A model generated the notes under the pieces. The model worked only from the letters and a program-made list of their open reading frames with translations. It did no database searches and was not told the DNA's origin. A program made the translations under genes and the position numbers. A DNA stretch of 63,162 bases, filler included, from Craspedostauros australis (lineage: Eukaryota), in assembly GCA_030167865.1 (NCBI GenBank). It is 11 parts of 11 records of this genome, joined end to end, with 100 filler letters (N's around TTAATTAATTAA, not from the genome) between each part and the next. Parts side by side here need not be neighbours in the genome. Positions count along the whole stretch, not along the records: positions 21,315 to 33,180 come from JALAGF010006533.1; 10 more parts are not named here. One strand, 5' to 3'. This document shows, piece by piece, positions 23,619 through 33,280 of this stretch (the first letter of the stretch is position 1; every line of letters starts with the position of its first letter).

Positions 23619-24095
23619 GTTTATCATTCTCATCCGCTCATGCGGGCATGTGCGAGCGTGCAGGGACCGCCTGAAGAGGCGACGATAATACTGGGACCCC
23701 GCTCCGAGGGTGGACCGTCACCAAGCCGGCACTGCTTGTACTGTGCTGCATCCTCTTTGACCATGGTGTGCTGATGCAGAGTGACCGGCATCAGCGGGAT
23801 GTAATCTCACCGTTCGCATTGCGAGGTGTTGATGACACCGGTGGACGCACCGACCGTGGTCACACGGAAATCCCTACTGAGACACACGCTGTTATCAGCG
23901 GAAAGATCGTGTGCCTTATTGCCCGGTCTGTGCTTCTCATCGCGGATCGACACCGCGAAAACACACGTTGAAACGCTTTTTCACGTCGAAAACACACCAT
24001 GTCCCAGTGTGATTTTCTTGACAACACAATCCCTCTCTCCCTTCACTATTCCTCTCTCATTCGCATCAACAACATCATACACAAACATCAGCAAC

Positions 24096-25589
24096 ATGGC
24101 AGCCGCTGCAAACCCCAACATCAATGAGATACGTGACTATTGCAAGAACGTACTCAACTTTCCTGACGACGACATCGCTGACGCGTTAGAAGATCAAGGT
24201 CTCACGAAGTTCGATGACTTTCTCTCCATCGATGACAAAGGCGTCACTGACCTGTGCAAGCGCATCTGCGATGGCAGTGGGTTCATTGAAAACCCAGCAT
24301 ACAAGGCAGGCGCAAAGGGCAACATACCACCACAAGTCAAGGATCCCGGGGTCACCGTTGGTTGGATTCACGAGACCAAGCTCCGTCAGCTTCGCTACAT
24401 TCGCTTTCACTTTAAGCGCATTCAACGTCCATTCACGGCAGCAGAGGCACCGATGGACCGTCTTGTTGCTTTATGGGAGCTCTTCTTGGAGGAACAACGT
24501 ATCAAGAAAGAGACAGAGCTGGACATGCCAGAACGGCTGGTCAAAGTGGACCGAATCCGTGACAGTCTTGAGGACATCCAGAACTACTTGGAGAACACCC
24601 ATGGCGCGCTTGACACTCCGCTCTCCTACGTGATCCGTGAAGATACGCGCAAACCCGAAGACCGTACGCCTCCAATCAACACCGGATTCGGTGTACCCAC
24701 CATGAAGGAGGAGCTCATTGACCGAGCCATTCATGAAGGCATCCGCTACGACGCTGACAATGCCAAAGTGTGGCAGGTGGTTCGTCATGTCACGCACGGC
24801 GGACCTGCATGGGCTTGGGTCCAAGGCTTCGAGCGCGCACGCAATGGTCGTGCAGCATTCATTGCTCTCAAGGAACACTATCACGGCGACTCCTTTCAGG
24901 CGCGCACCAAGGCAGCAGCATCCAAGACGATTGCAACCAGCTTCTATGACGGCAAGTCACGCCAATTCTCGTTCGAACGATATGCACAGATCATGAAAGG
25001 TGCATTCGAAGACATGGCACGATGCGGTGAACCACTCGTGAAAGCGGCGAAAGTGCGCCACTTCCTCGATGGTATCCGTGACTCCCGTCTCGATAGTGCA
25101 TGCGTTGCTATCAAGATCAACGAAGCCCTTCGTGAAGACCTACCTGGTGCAATCAATGTCCTGAGCGAAGTCATTGACCACAAACAGATCGCGTCACCCA
25201 GACTCTCCATTGGCTCGATGGACCGTGGCAAGGGCGGTCGTGGCAATCGTAATGGAACGCCAAGCAAGGGTGGTCGCGGAGGTCAAGGCAAACCCAAGAA
25301 ATACGACCCGAACATGGTCATCACTGACCGTCACTACTCACCCGACGAATGGTCGGTCATGTCATCCGCACAGAAGAGCAAGGCACTTGAGATGCGTGCG
25401 GAACGAGACAAGCGCCGTGGGGTCATGTCGGTGGGCAGAAACACGCCATCGAAACGTCCTCATGAAGAGACCGATGGGCATTATGGGCCAACTGATGCGG
25501 CGAACCAAGGCGACGGTCAAGCTGGCGCTAACAATCAAGCCGGAATCGGCAGCATGGCCACTCGTCGTAACCAACAAGGACGTTCCTGA
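24096..25589 (+). CDS. gag: Copia Gag
   Basis: PLSYVIRE, DNAKVW, RNGRAAFIALKEHY, YDGKSRQFSFERY and YSPDEW motifs. The first plausible ATG is at 24096. Confidence 0.85.
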   Translation: MAAAANPNINEIRDYCKNVLNFPDDDIADALEDQGLTKFDDFLSIDDKGVTDLCKRICDGSGFIENPAYKAGAKGNIPPQVKDPGVTVGWIHETKLRQLRYIRFHFKRIQRPFTAAEAPMDRLVALWELFLEEQRIKKETELDMPERLVKVDRIRDSLEDIQNYLENTHGALDTPLSYVIREDTRKPEDRTPPINTGFGVPTMKEELIDRAIHEGIRYDADNAKVWQVVRHVTHGGPAWAWVQGFERARNGRAAFIALKEHYHGDSFQARTKAAASKTIATSFYDGKSRQFSFERYAQIMKGAFEDMARCGEPLVKAAKVRHFLDGIRDSRLDSACVAIKINEALREDLPGAINVLSEVIDHKQIASPRLSIGSMDRGKGGRGNRNGTPSKGGRGGQGKPKKYDPNMVITDRHYSPDEWSVMSSAQKSKALEMRAERDKRRGVMSVGRNTPSKRPHEETDGHYGPTDAANQGDGQAGANNQAGIGSMATRRNQQGRS

Positions 25590-26161
25590 CCACAAAGTCG
25601 CATTCGACGGCTCACATCCGTTGGCATGTCCATGTCATCTGACACCCCACGGGCAGAGCTCGATTCGCATGCAGATACATGTTGTTTTGGTGACACTGCG
25701 TACATCGTGCATCAGACCGACCAAACTGTCACTGCAACCCCTTTTATTGACTCACTTGGGTCCATCGATAATGCACCAATCGTCACAGCCGCGATAGCAT
25801 ACGATGATCCAATTACATATCAAACATTCATTCTTTTCTTTCCACAATCGATCTACTTTCCTCGTCTTGAACATCCTNNNNNNNNNNNNNNNNNNNNNNN
25901 NNNNNNNNNNNNNNNNNNNNNNNNNNNNNNNNNNNNNNNNNNNNNNNNNNNNNNNNNNNNNNNNNNNNNNNNNNNNNNNNNNNNNNNNNNNNNNNNNNTA
26001 CACATCCCTCTACGATTGCAAGGCACTGTATCCTACTTCCACATGAGGAAGCCAACACAACAAGAAGTCCAATCCGATCGTGACTGCATCCATATCATGA
26101 TGACACAAGAGGCCATATGGGACCCTTCCCAGTGGTCATCAGAGGACGACGAAGACGCCAT
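25590..26161 (+). CDS. pol: Copia pol N-terminal part (aspartic protease), in frame with gag; ends at the nested insertion
   Basis: ELDSHADTCC active-site motif and IPLRLQGTVSYF...RKPT...WDP. Confidence 0.85.
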
Positions 26162-26770
26162 CAGTTGAGATTCAATGAGGGACAGACTATTACCGGATAC
26201 GGTATCAACCAGATGAGAGAAATTCTTGTTTTGGCGCGAAATCTTCCGACTTGATTGACCACCAAACCTTTTTCTCCTCCTTTCTCTCCTCCATTCACGA
26301 ATCCATCATGACTCAAACATGACCGACCTGACTCAAAATCCACCTTGGGAACTATATGCTCCTCAGATCCCTTTACTGCAACATATCTCGATTCCCTCCA
26401 TGCTGATGACTACTGCACCACTGCCGTAGTCTTAACGCGTGTATCCAACCTGCTTCAACTCAAGCAATGGAATCTGAGAGCCAGCTCCAACCACAGCCAC
26501 TGCTTCATGGTCGTCACTGCCATGTGCCATGATCTACACTGCAGTGTATCTACGTGTGTGGAGGGCAAGGCGCTGTAATGACTGTATACCCTGTAGCACT
26601 GAACCAAGTACATCAGTGCAGGGTCTCGCCAAGTTGTGTGGCATCGTTTCTTCACCCTACTAACACTACAAGCTAACTCATAATAAACACAGACAAGGAT
26701 TAGCTATAAAGCACTCTACTACTCATCGTTACAGTTATAACTCTTCAAACAGCACACCTCTCTTGAACTG
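26162..26770. mobile_element. About 610-bp non-coding insertion nested in pol (solo LTR or MITE)
   Basis: CATCA occurs at 26159-26163 and 26771-26775. The ends read CAGTT...AACTG if the TSD is CAT. It interrupts pol between the protease and the integrase. Confidence 0.75.
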
Positions 26771-29700
26771 CATCACACGGCTATCCCGAAGCCGGCAGAT
26801 TCACGAGGCATTCTCCACCGATTCGACGTCTACGCCCGAATCCTAACTCCATCCGAGCGTCTCTTTCATCACAACGGACCATATCGTCCATCAACATCCA
26901 TGGCACACACACGTCCAATCGAAAGGGGACTATCACACCCGACGTCCTCGCACAACGCTGGCGCATTGGAACAGAAGCCGCATCACGTACCCTTGACGCA
27001 ACAACACAGTTGGCCATTCGTGACTTTCGTCACTCATCAGGAACACGCCGTCTTAATCCATACGCCATGCAACTACGATACCGTCGACTCAACACCCAAC
27101 TCTATGCCGACACCATGCACGCAAAGACCAAGTCGATTCGTGGCAACAAATGCGCCATGATCTATTGCACACCGTTTCACTGGGTCCGGGTGTACCCAAT
27201 GGCGGAACGCAAGGAAGCACATCGCACACTCGACGAACTATTTCGTGACCATGGCATCCCGCACACCATTATTCCAGACAATGCCAAGGAACTCGTCGCT
27301 GGCGAATTCCGCCGCAAACTACACAGATCACAAGTTTCCATCCGACCAATCGAAGCATACATCCACAACCAGAACAAGGCAGAAGCAACCATTCGCGAAC
27401 TGCGACGACATTATCGACGATTGATGACTTCGACCGATACACCAGAATATCTGTGGGACTATTGCTTCGAATACTGTGCCGAGATACGCAGTCACACTGC
27501 ACTCGCCATCCATGATCTTCACGGCGAAACACCGGCCACCATCTTGTCCGGTGACACTGCTGACATCTCTCACATTGCTGAATTCGGCTGGTTTGACTTC
27601 GTGTGGTATATCAACATCCAAGACGCATCCATGAACATCAAGCAGCTTGGTCGGTATCTTGGGCCAAGTCGCTCTGTTGGTGATGCAATGTGCTCGTACA
27701 TCCTCACTGCCAATGGCGTTGTTGTCTCCAAATCATCTGTTTTGCCTCTCTCTCACGACGACATACACAGCGACGTAATCGCGCACAAATGCAACGAGTT
27801 CATGGACACACTTCGATCCAAATGGAAACAACGAATGGAGGGCATCACAATCGACGACGACGGCGACGACGTTGACGATACTGCAGCAGACATCGCCATT
27901 CTGCAGAACACCGAACCACTGGAACAAATCGTGGAACCAGATGACGTTGACAGTGCGACCTTCGATAAATACATTGCAACCAAAGTCATTCTACCGTCAG
28001 GGGACGAGATGCAACATGGAACAGTCAAACAACGCAAACGAGACACAGAAGGCAATCTCATCGGCCACTCGCATCCCGATCCTATGCTTGACACCGCCCA
28101 ATACGAAGTTGAATTTCTTGATGGACATCACGAAGTGTTCAGCGCCAATCAAATTGCGGAGAACATCTACGCGCGCATCGATGACGACGGATACACGACT
28201 GTGCTGATGGACGAAATCATTGATCACAAACGCTTGCCCTCTGTTTCTTCTCCTTCTCCTCATTCTAAATCCACAAAAGGTTGGAAGCTCTGCATCCGAT
28301 GGAAGGATGGGTCCACATCCTGGATTCACCTACGCGACGCAAAAGAAGCCGACCCAGTACGCGTTGCCGAATACGCTGCAGACAACAAACTCATCAACGA
28401 ACCCGCATTCAAGTGGTGGGTACCACACACCCTGCGCAAACGACAACGCATCATCATGGCAACAAAGCGGCGACACGTCCGAAAGAACGAGATGTTCGGC
28501 GTGGAGCTTCCTACATCAGTGCGCCACGCACTCGCAATCGACGCGGCTACAGGCACGGATCTGTGGCGACAAGCTATTGCAAAAGAGATGAAAGCCGTTC
28601 GACCAGCCTTCGATATCAAGGAACTGGATACTCCCGATCCTGTGGGCTACCAATACATGGAATGCCACATGATATTCGCCGTCAAGGTGGACCTCACAAG
28701 AAAAGCGCGACTTGTCGCTGGGGGACACATGACGGAGGCACCTGCAACAATCACATACGCGAGTGTGGTGTCACGCGAAAGCGTACGCATCGCGTTCTTG
28801 ATCGCCGCACTCAACGATCTGGATATCCTCGCCGCGGATGTTCAGAATGCATACCTCAATGCTCCATGTCGGGAACGCATATACACACGATGCGGTCCGG
28901 AGTTTGGATCCGATCAGGGGAAGATCGCAATCATTTGTCGGGCCCTGTACGGATTGAAGTCGAGTGGAGCAGCATGGAGAGCACACTTGGCAGAGACACT
29001 GCGCGATTCGTTGGGATTCACATCCTGTCGTGCTGACAGCAACGTCTGGATGAAGCCTGCTGTTGCGAGCGATGGGTCAGAATATTACGAATACGTGCTC
29101 GTGTACACCGACGATATCCTTGCCGTATCCAAACAACCGCGACGCATCCTTGATGCGATTGACTCACATTTTTTCCTCAAACCGAGTTCCATTGGCCCTC
29201 CAACAACATATCTTGGATCCACCATCTCACAATTTCACCTCACTGCCGATCCGTCACGTCCCAAATGGAGCATGGGCTCACAAGAATACATCAAGTCTGC
29301 TCTCAAGATCGTCGCCAAATACCTCAACGACCACAACCTGCGACTCAAGACCAAAGCACCCAGTGTCCTACCAAACAAGTACCGACCTGAATTGGATGGA
29401 TCACAACTGTGTGACTCCGAGCAAACAACCTTCTATCAGCAACTCATTGGTATACTGCGCTGGACTGTGGAGCTTGGACGAATCGACATTTGTTGCGAGA
29501 CCTCGATGATGGCATCGTACTGTGTCGCGCCACGGATTGGTCACTTGCATGCTCTCTTTCATATGTTCGCATACCTCAAATCTCACGATCGTTCTCGCCT
29601 TGTTTTTGACGATGCATACATTGACAAACCGCCTGTGATGCAACCCAACTGGAACGATTTCTACCCTGATGCTCATGAGCAATTGCCTGCTGACATGCCA

Positions 29701-30183
29701 CCGCCGCGCGGAAAGGAGGTTCAAATGACGTGCTTTGTTGATGCTGATCATGCAGGTGACCGCGTCACGCGACGCTCGCGCACTGGTGTGCTTTTATTCT
29801 TGAATACATCACCGATACTATGGTACAGCAAGAAACAGAACAGCATTGAGACATCCACATTCGGCAGCGAGTTCACGGCGCTCAAGGTCGCAACCGAGAT
29901 CATCATCGGCATGAGATACAAGCTCCGCATGATGGGCATCCTGTTGGATGGCCCAGCGGATGTACGGGTCGACAATCAGAGTGTGGTATACAACTCCTCA
30001 CTACCAGAATCACAACTGCGGAAGAAAGCCAATGCCATCGCATATCATTTCGTCAGAGAAAGCATCGCCGCTGGTATCCTGGTGGTCCAACATGAACCGT
30101 CAGAGACCAACTTATCCGACATGCTTACGAAACAACAACAAGGACCGAGACGAAAGGAACAAGCACAACGGGTCCTCTTCTGA
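26771..30183 (+). CDS. pol: Copia pol C-terminal part (integrase, reverse transcriptase, RNase H)
   Basis: LAQRWRIG...TTQ, integrase D/D/E (YADTM, IPDNAKE, KAEAT), KARLVAGGH, DVQNAYL, LYGLKSSG, YTDD and DADHA. Confidence 0.95.
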
Positions 30184-30355
30184 CCTCGGCGCTGCGCGAC
30201 AGTACCCATGGGTGGTCGGTCATGGGCTCTGCTCGTGACTGGTGGGATGAGCGCCCTGTGGTGTCCACATGTGGGGCATGCAGCAGGTACATCCCGAATG
30301 CAACCAAAATGTGACGATACGACGGCTAGCACAGCCACCGCGCATCGAGGGGACC

Positions 30356-30529
30356 AAACCGGGATACGTATGAAACCGTTGAAACGGCGTTACACGATAG
30401 CCGCTACTACCAATCATGGACGACACAGCAATGCGACAACAGCACTGACGCATACGACATCGATAAGACTCATAATCTGCATCTTTACTCTTTTTCACTC
30501 TAAATCAGTTTCACGTGTGTCGTAACTTG
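30356..30529 (+). repeat. 3' LTR (174 bp)
   Basis: Direct repeat of 23445-23618, preceded by the PPT. Confidence 0.93.
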
Positions 30530-31120
30530 TTGGCACGGTCAGCGTTCCCTCTCCCCTCGAGGGTTCGTGTTGATGCAGATGGCGCGGAACGTGCAAGAAC
30601 CAATGACGTCGTTCGGCGTTTCGACAAAAAAAGCCGGCAGTCATTACCAACATCATGCTGGGCAGCACAAAACACTCGACAGCAAACACACAGAGGACAA
30701 CAACCAGCCATAAATCCTGTGTAAAATATCTGATTACAACGCCAACAACAATCTCACAGCACTGCATCTGGCGTATCCTTCGATTCAGGGCCAGGTAGAG
30801 GCCGATGCAAGAGCTGTTTCTCCACCAGTACATCACACATCGCCGCCAATTCAACAATCCTTCGTTGTACGGACAAAACCGTTGACTTCGAGCTACGGAT
30901 ACTCACAGCTTGTGCGGGCACACACCAGTCGAGGACTCTCCAGAGAGAGCGAACGAGAGAGAGAGCGATCGAAGTTGTCACACTGACGAGAGACGAACAA
31001 GCACACTGGTACGACAAGCACAACCACAGCAGTCAACTACAGCAGTCAACTACAGGAGTCAACTACAGCACTCAACTACAGCACTCAACACCACCAAGAT
31101 CTGTGCTCACCTCTTCAACG

Positions 31121-32989
31121 ATGGATGCTAATTCCGAAGCGCCAAGGTCTTCGAAAGCGTCGAATGGAGGTAGAGCGCAGTCTGATGGATGCGTAAGCGT
31201 GCTCGCACACCAGCATCATCTGCACCACAACAAGGACGCTTGTGAAGACTCTCATGGCAAGCGCGCGCCAGTCTCCAATAAACGAGGCAACCATGATGGC
31301 GGAATCAACAGTCGCCAAACACCAAACCGAAACAAGTCAATCTTGACAGCTGCGAGCATGACGACGACAAAGCTGAGGGCAGCGAAGAAGGGGATTGCAG
31401 CGATCGTTGCAATCTCAGTCCTCCTCTCTATTGCCCAGTTCCTGGTCGCCAACCAAATTGGGAGCATGCTGGGGCCTGTTTCATCTCATTCATCCTCGTC
31501 ACTGCATGCTGTTGAAGAAGATGAAGATGAACGGCCTTCTTCGATTCCGGAGGCTGTGAAGATGCATTCCGACACCACAGAAAGTACTCCGCGGCCTGAA
31601 ACTTCTGCAGGACCTACGCATGCAGCAACATTGGATTCGCCCGCAGCCACAGAAGAAGTGAAGAAGCCTCATCTGGTGTTGCATGTTGGCCCGCCCAAGA
31701 CTGCCACAACCTCACTGCAAACCAACCTATTGGAACTCGCGAACAAAGAACTTCTGATCCAAGATCATTACTGGTACTATGGAACAGGCAGCCCTCACGA
31801 ACCAGCCAAAGAGCTTGGATTTTCTCTTGATTGCTTGGACAAAGCTTTCAATGCCAACGTCATGTTGGAACATTATCCAAGGTATGTGGAAAGCAAGAAA
31901 GCATCGTTGCTGCCGAGGAATCAAACCAGCACACATAGTCCAGGCATGGCAGCATTGGAACCATCCTCGCTGCCCTTGTCCCCGCAATTGCCAGTCGAGG
32001 TACCGGAGGATTTGAAACATATCACAGAGCTTCTGGATGTTGCAAAAAAGCGGCGCATCTCTCTGATATTCAGCGAAGAACAAGTTTCGAGTCGTCCCTT
32101 GTTCAGATCCGAAGGGCTGTATGGAAATCCGATGTACTTTCAGAACTTGAGGGATCTTCTGGAAGGTTGGGATGTGACAGTCATCGTGACCTACCGTCAC
32201 GTCTTTGACTGGATGCTCAGCGCCTGGAAGTACTCCCGTGCATACACTACTGTGCACTACCGCCCATACTCTGCTTGGCCCACGCAACGTGGGAAGCGAT
32301 ACAGTCCGGCATGGAAAAAGATATGGGGATGGATGACTGAAAGCTCAGCGCCGATTCAAAATCATCTGCAAAATACAAGCACAGGCACCCACACCATGAC
32401 CGTTGCAGCAAGTTTTGTCTTCATCGATGGCGTTATCTCAGCCTGGAGAAACTCTGGCTTTCCCATCCAAATCATGGATTTCCATGGCAAACGTCATGTC
32501 TCGGAACAGTTCCTGTGCGACCATGTCCCAGATGCCCCTCGATCATGCGAATATATCAAACAGAAGCATGAGAATCCCCCGCAAATGGTCATTGACATGC
32601 TGACGTCTGTGTGCCAAGATATCGTATTTGCCGCTGCCGCGCGTGGTGTCATCAGCGAAGAGAAGCAACGCACAATGAGGAAGCGGAAGTTGGACGGACG
32701 GCTACACCAACACCTTGGAAAAGCGTTGAACAAGAAATTGGCAGACTTCCCTTTGATTTGTCCGCCCGACAACGAGTTGGAGGAGCTCCTGAACATGTCG
32801 CTGGCCATTGAGAAGGAATGGATGCCAGAGCGGCGCGTGTCTCCCGATGGCGAAGCAGCGCACCGCTCGGCGTTTCACCGCACTGCGTATGTGAAGCGCG
32901 AGTATTGCGAGGTCGACATGGGCCGACTGTTCGAAGGTGTGACAACATGGGATGGTCTGCTGGAGGCGCTGAATAAGACATGGAGCTGA
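31121..32989 (+). CDS. Sulfotransferase-fold type II membrane protein
   Basis: One TM helix (GIAAIVAISVLLSIAQFLVA), a stem region, LHVGPPKTATTSLQ (5'-PSB-like), FSEE and VTYR...WMLSAW (3'-PB-like). Intact and intronless. Confidence 0.8.
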   Translation: MDANSEAPRSSKASNGGRAQSDGCVSVLAHQHHLHHNKDACEDSHGKRAPVSNKRGNHDGGINSRQTPNRNKSILTAASMTTTKLRAAKKGIAAIVAISVLLSIAQFLVANQIGSMLGPVSSHSSSSLHAVEEDEDERPSSIPEAVKMHSDTTESTPRPETSAGPTHAATLDSPAATEEVKKPHLVLHVGPPKTATTSLQTNLLELANKELLIQDHYWYYGTGSPHEPAKELGFSLDCLDKAFNANVMLEHYPRYVESKKASLLPRNQTSTHSPGMAALEPSSLPLSPQLPVEVPEDLKHITELLDVAKKRRISLIFSEEQVSSRPLFRSEGLYGNPMYFQNLRDLLEGWDVTVIVTYRHVFDWMLSAWKYSRAYTTVHYRPYSAWPTQRGKRYSPAWKKIWGWMTESSAPIQNHLQNTSTGTHTMTVAASFVFIDGVISAWRNSGFPIQIMDFHGKRHVSEQFLCDHVPDAPRSCEYIKQKHENPPQMVIDMLTSVCQDIVFAAAARGVISEEKQRTMRKRKLDGRLHQHLGKALNKKLADFPLICPPDNELEELLNMSLAIEKEWMPERRVSPDGEAAHRSAFHRTAYVKREYCEVDMGRLFEGVTTWDGLLEALNKTWS

Positions 32990-33280
32990 AATGGAACCGA
33001 CACATCGAAGGGAAGGGAGAGAAAGATAGATTGCTGTCCTGCACGAGCATCCGTACCTGCATTGTGACAGTAGAATCTGTGTTTGCCTACTGGATGGCTC
33101 TCCCTCTGTCTACGAGTTGAGAGACAAAACACCGATATTGATTACGTATTTGACTTGAATAGAGTAGAGTACACAGAATANNNNNNNNNNNNNNNNNNNN
33201 NNNNNNNNNNNNNNNNNNNNNNNNTTAATTAATTAANNNNNNNNNNNNNNNNNNNNNNNNNNNNNNNNNNNNNNNNNNNN

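Larger units (their letters stand above)
23445..30529 (+). mobile_element. Full-length Ty1/Copia (CoDi-like) LTR retrotransposon, TSD TTGGC
   Basis: Paired 174-bp LTRs, gag-PR-IN-RT-RH order, PPT GAGGGGACC before the 3' LTR, and TTGGC at 23440-23444 and 30530-30534. Confidence 0.95.
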
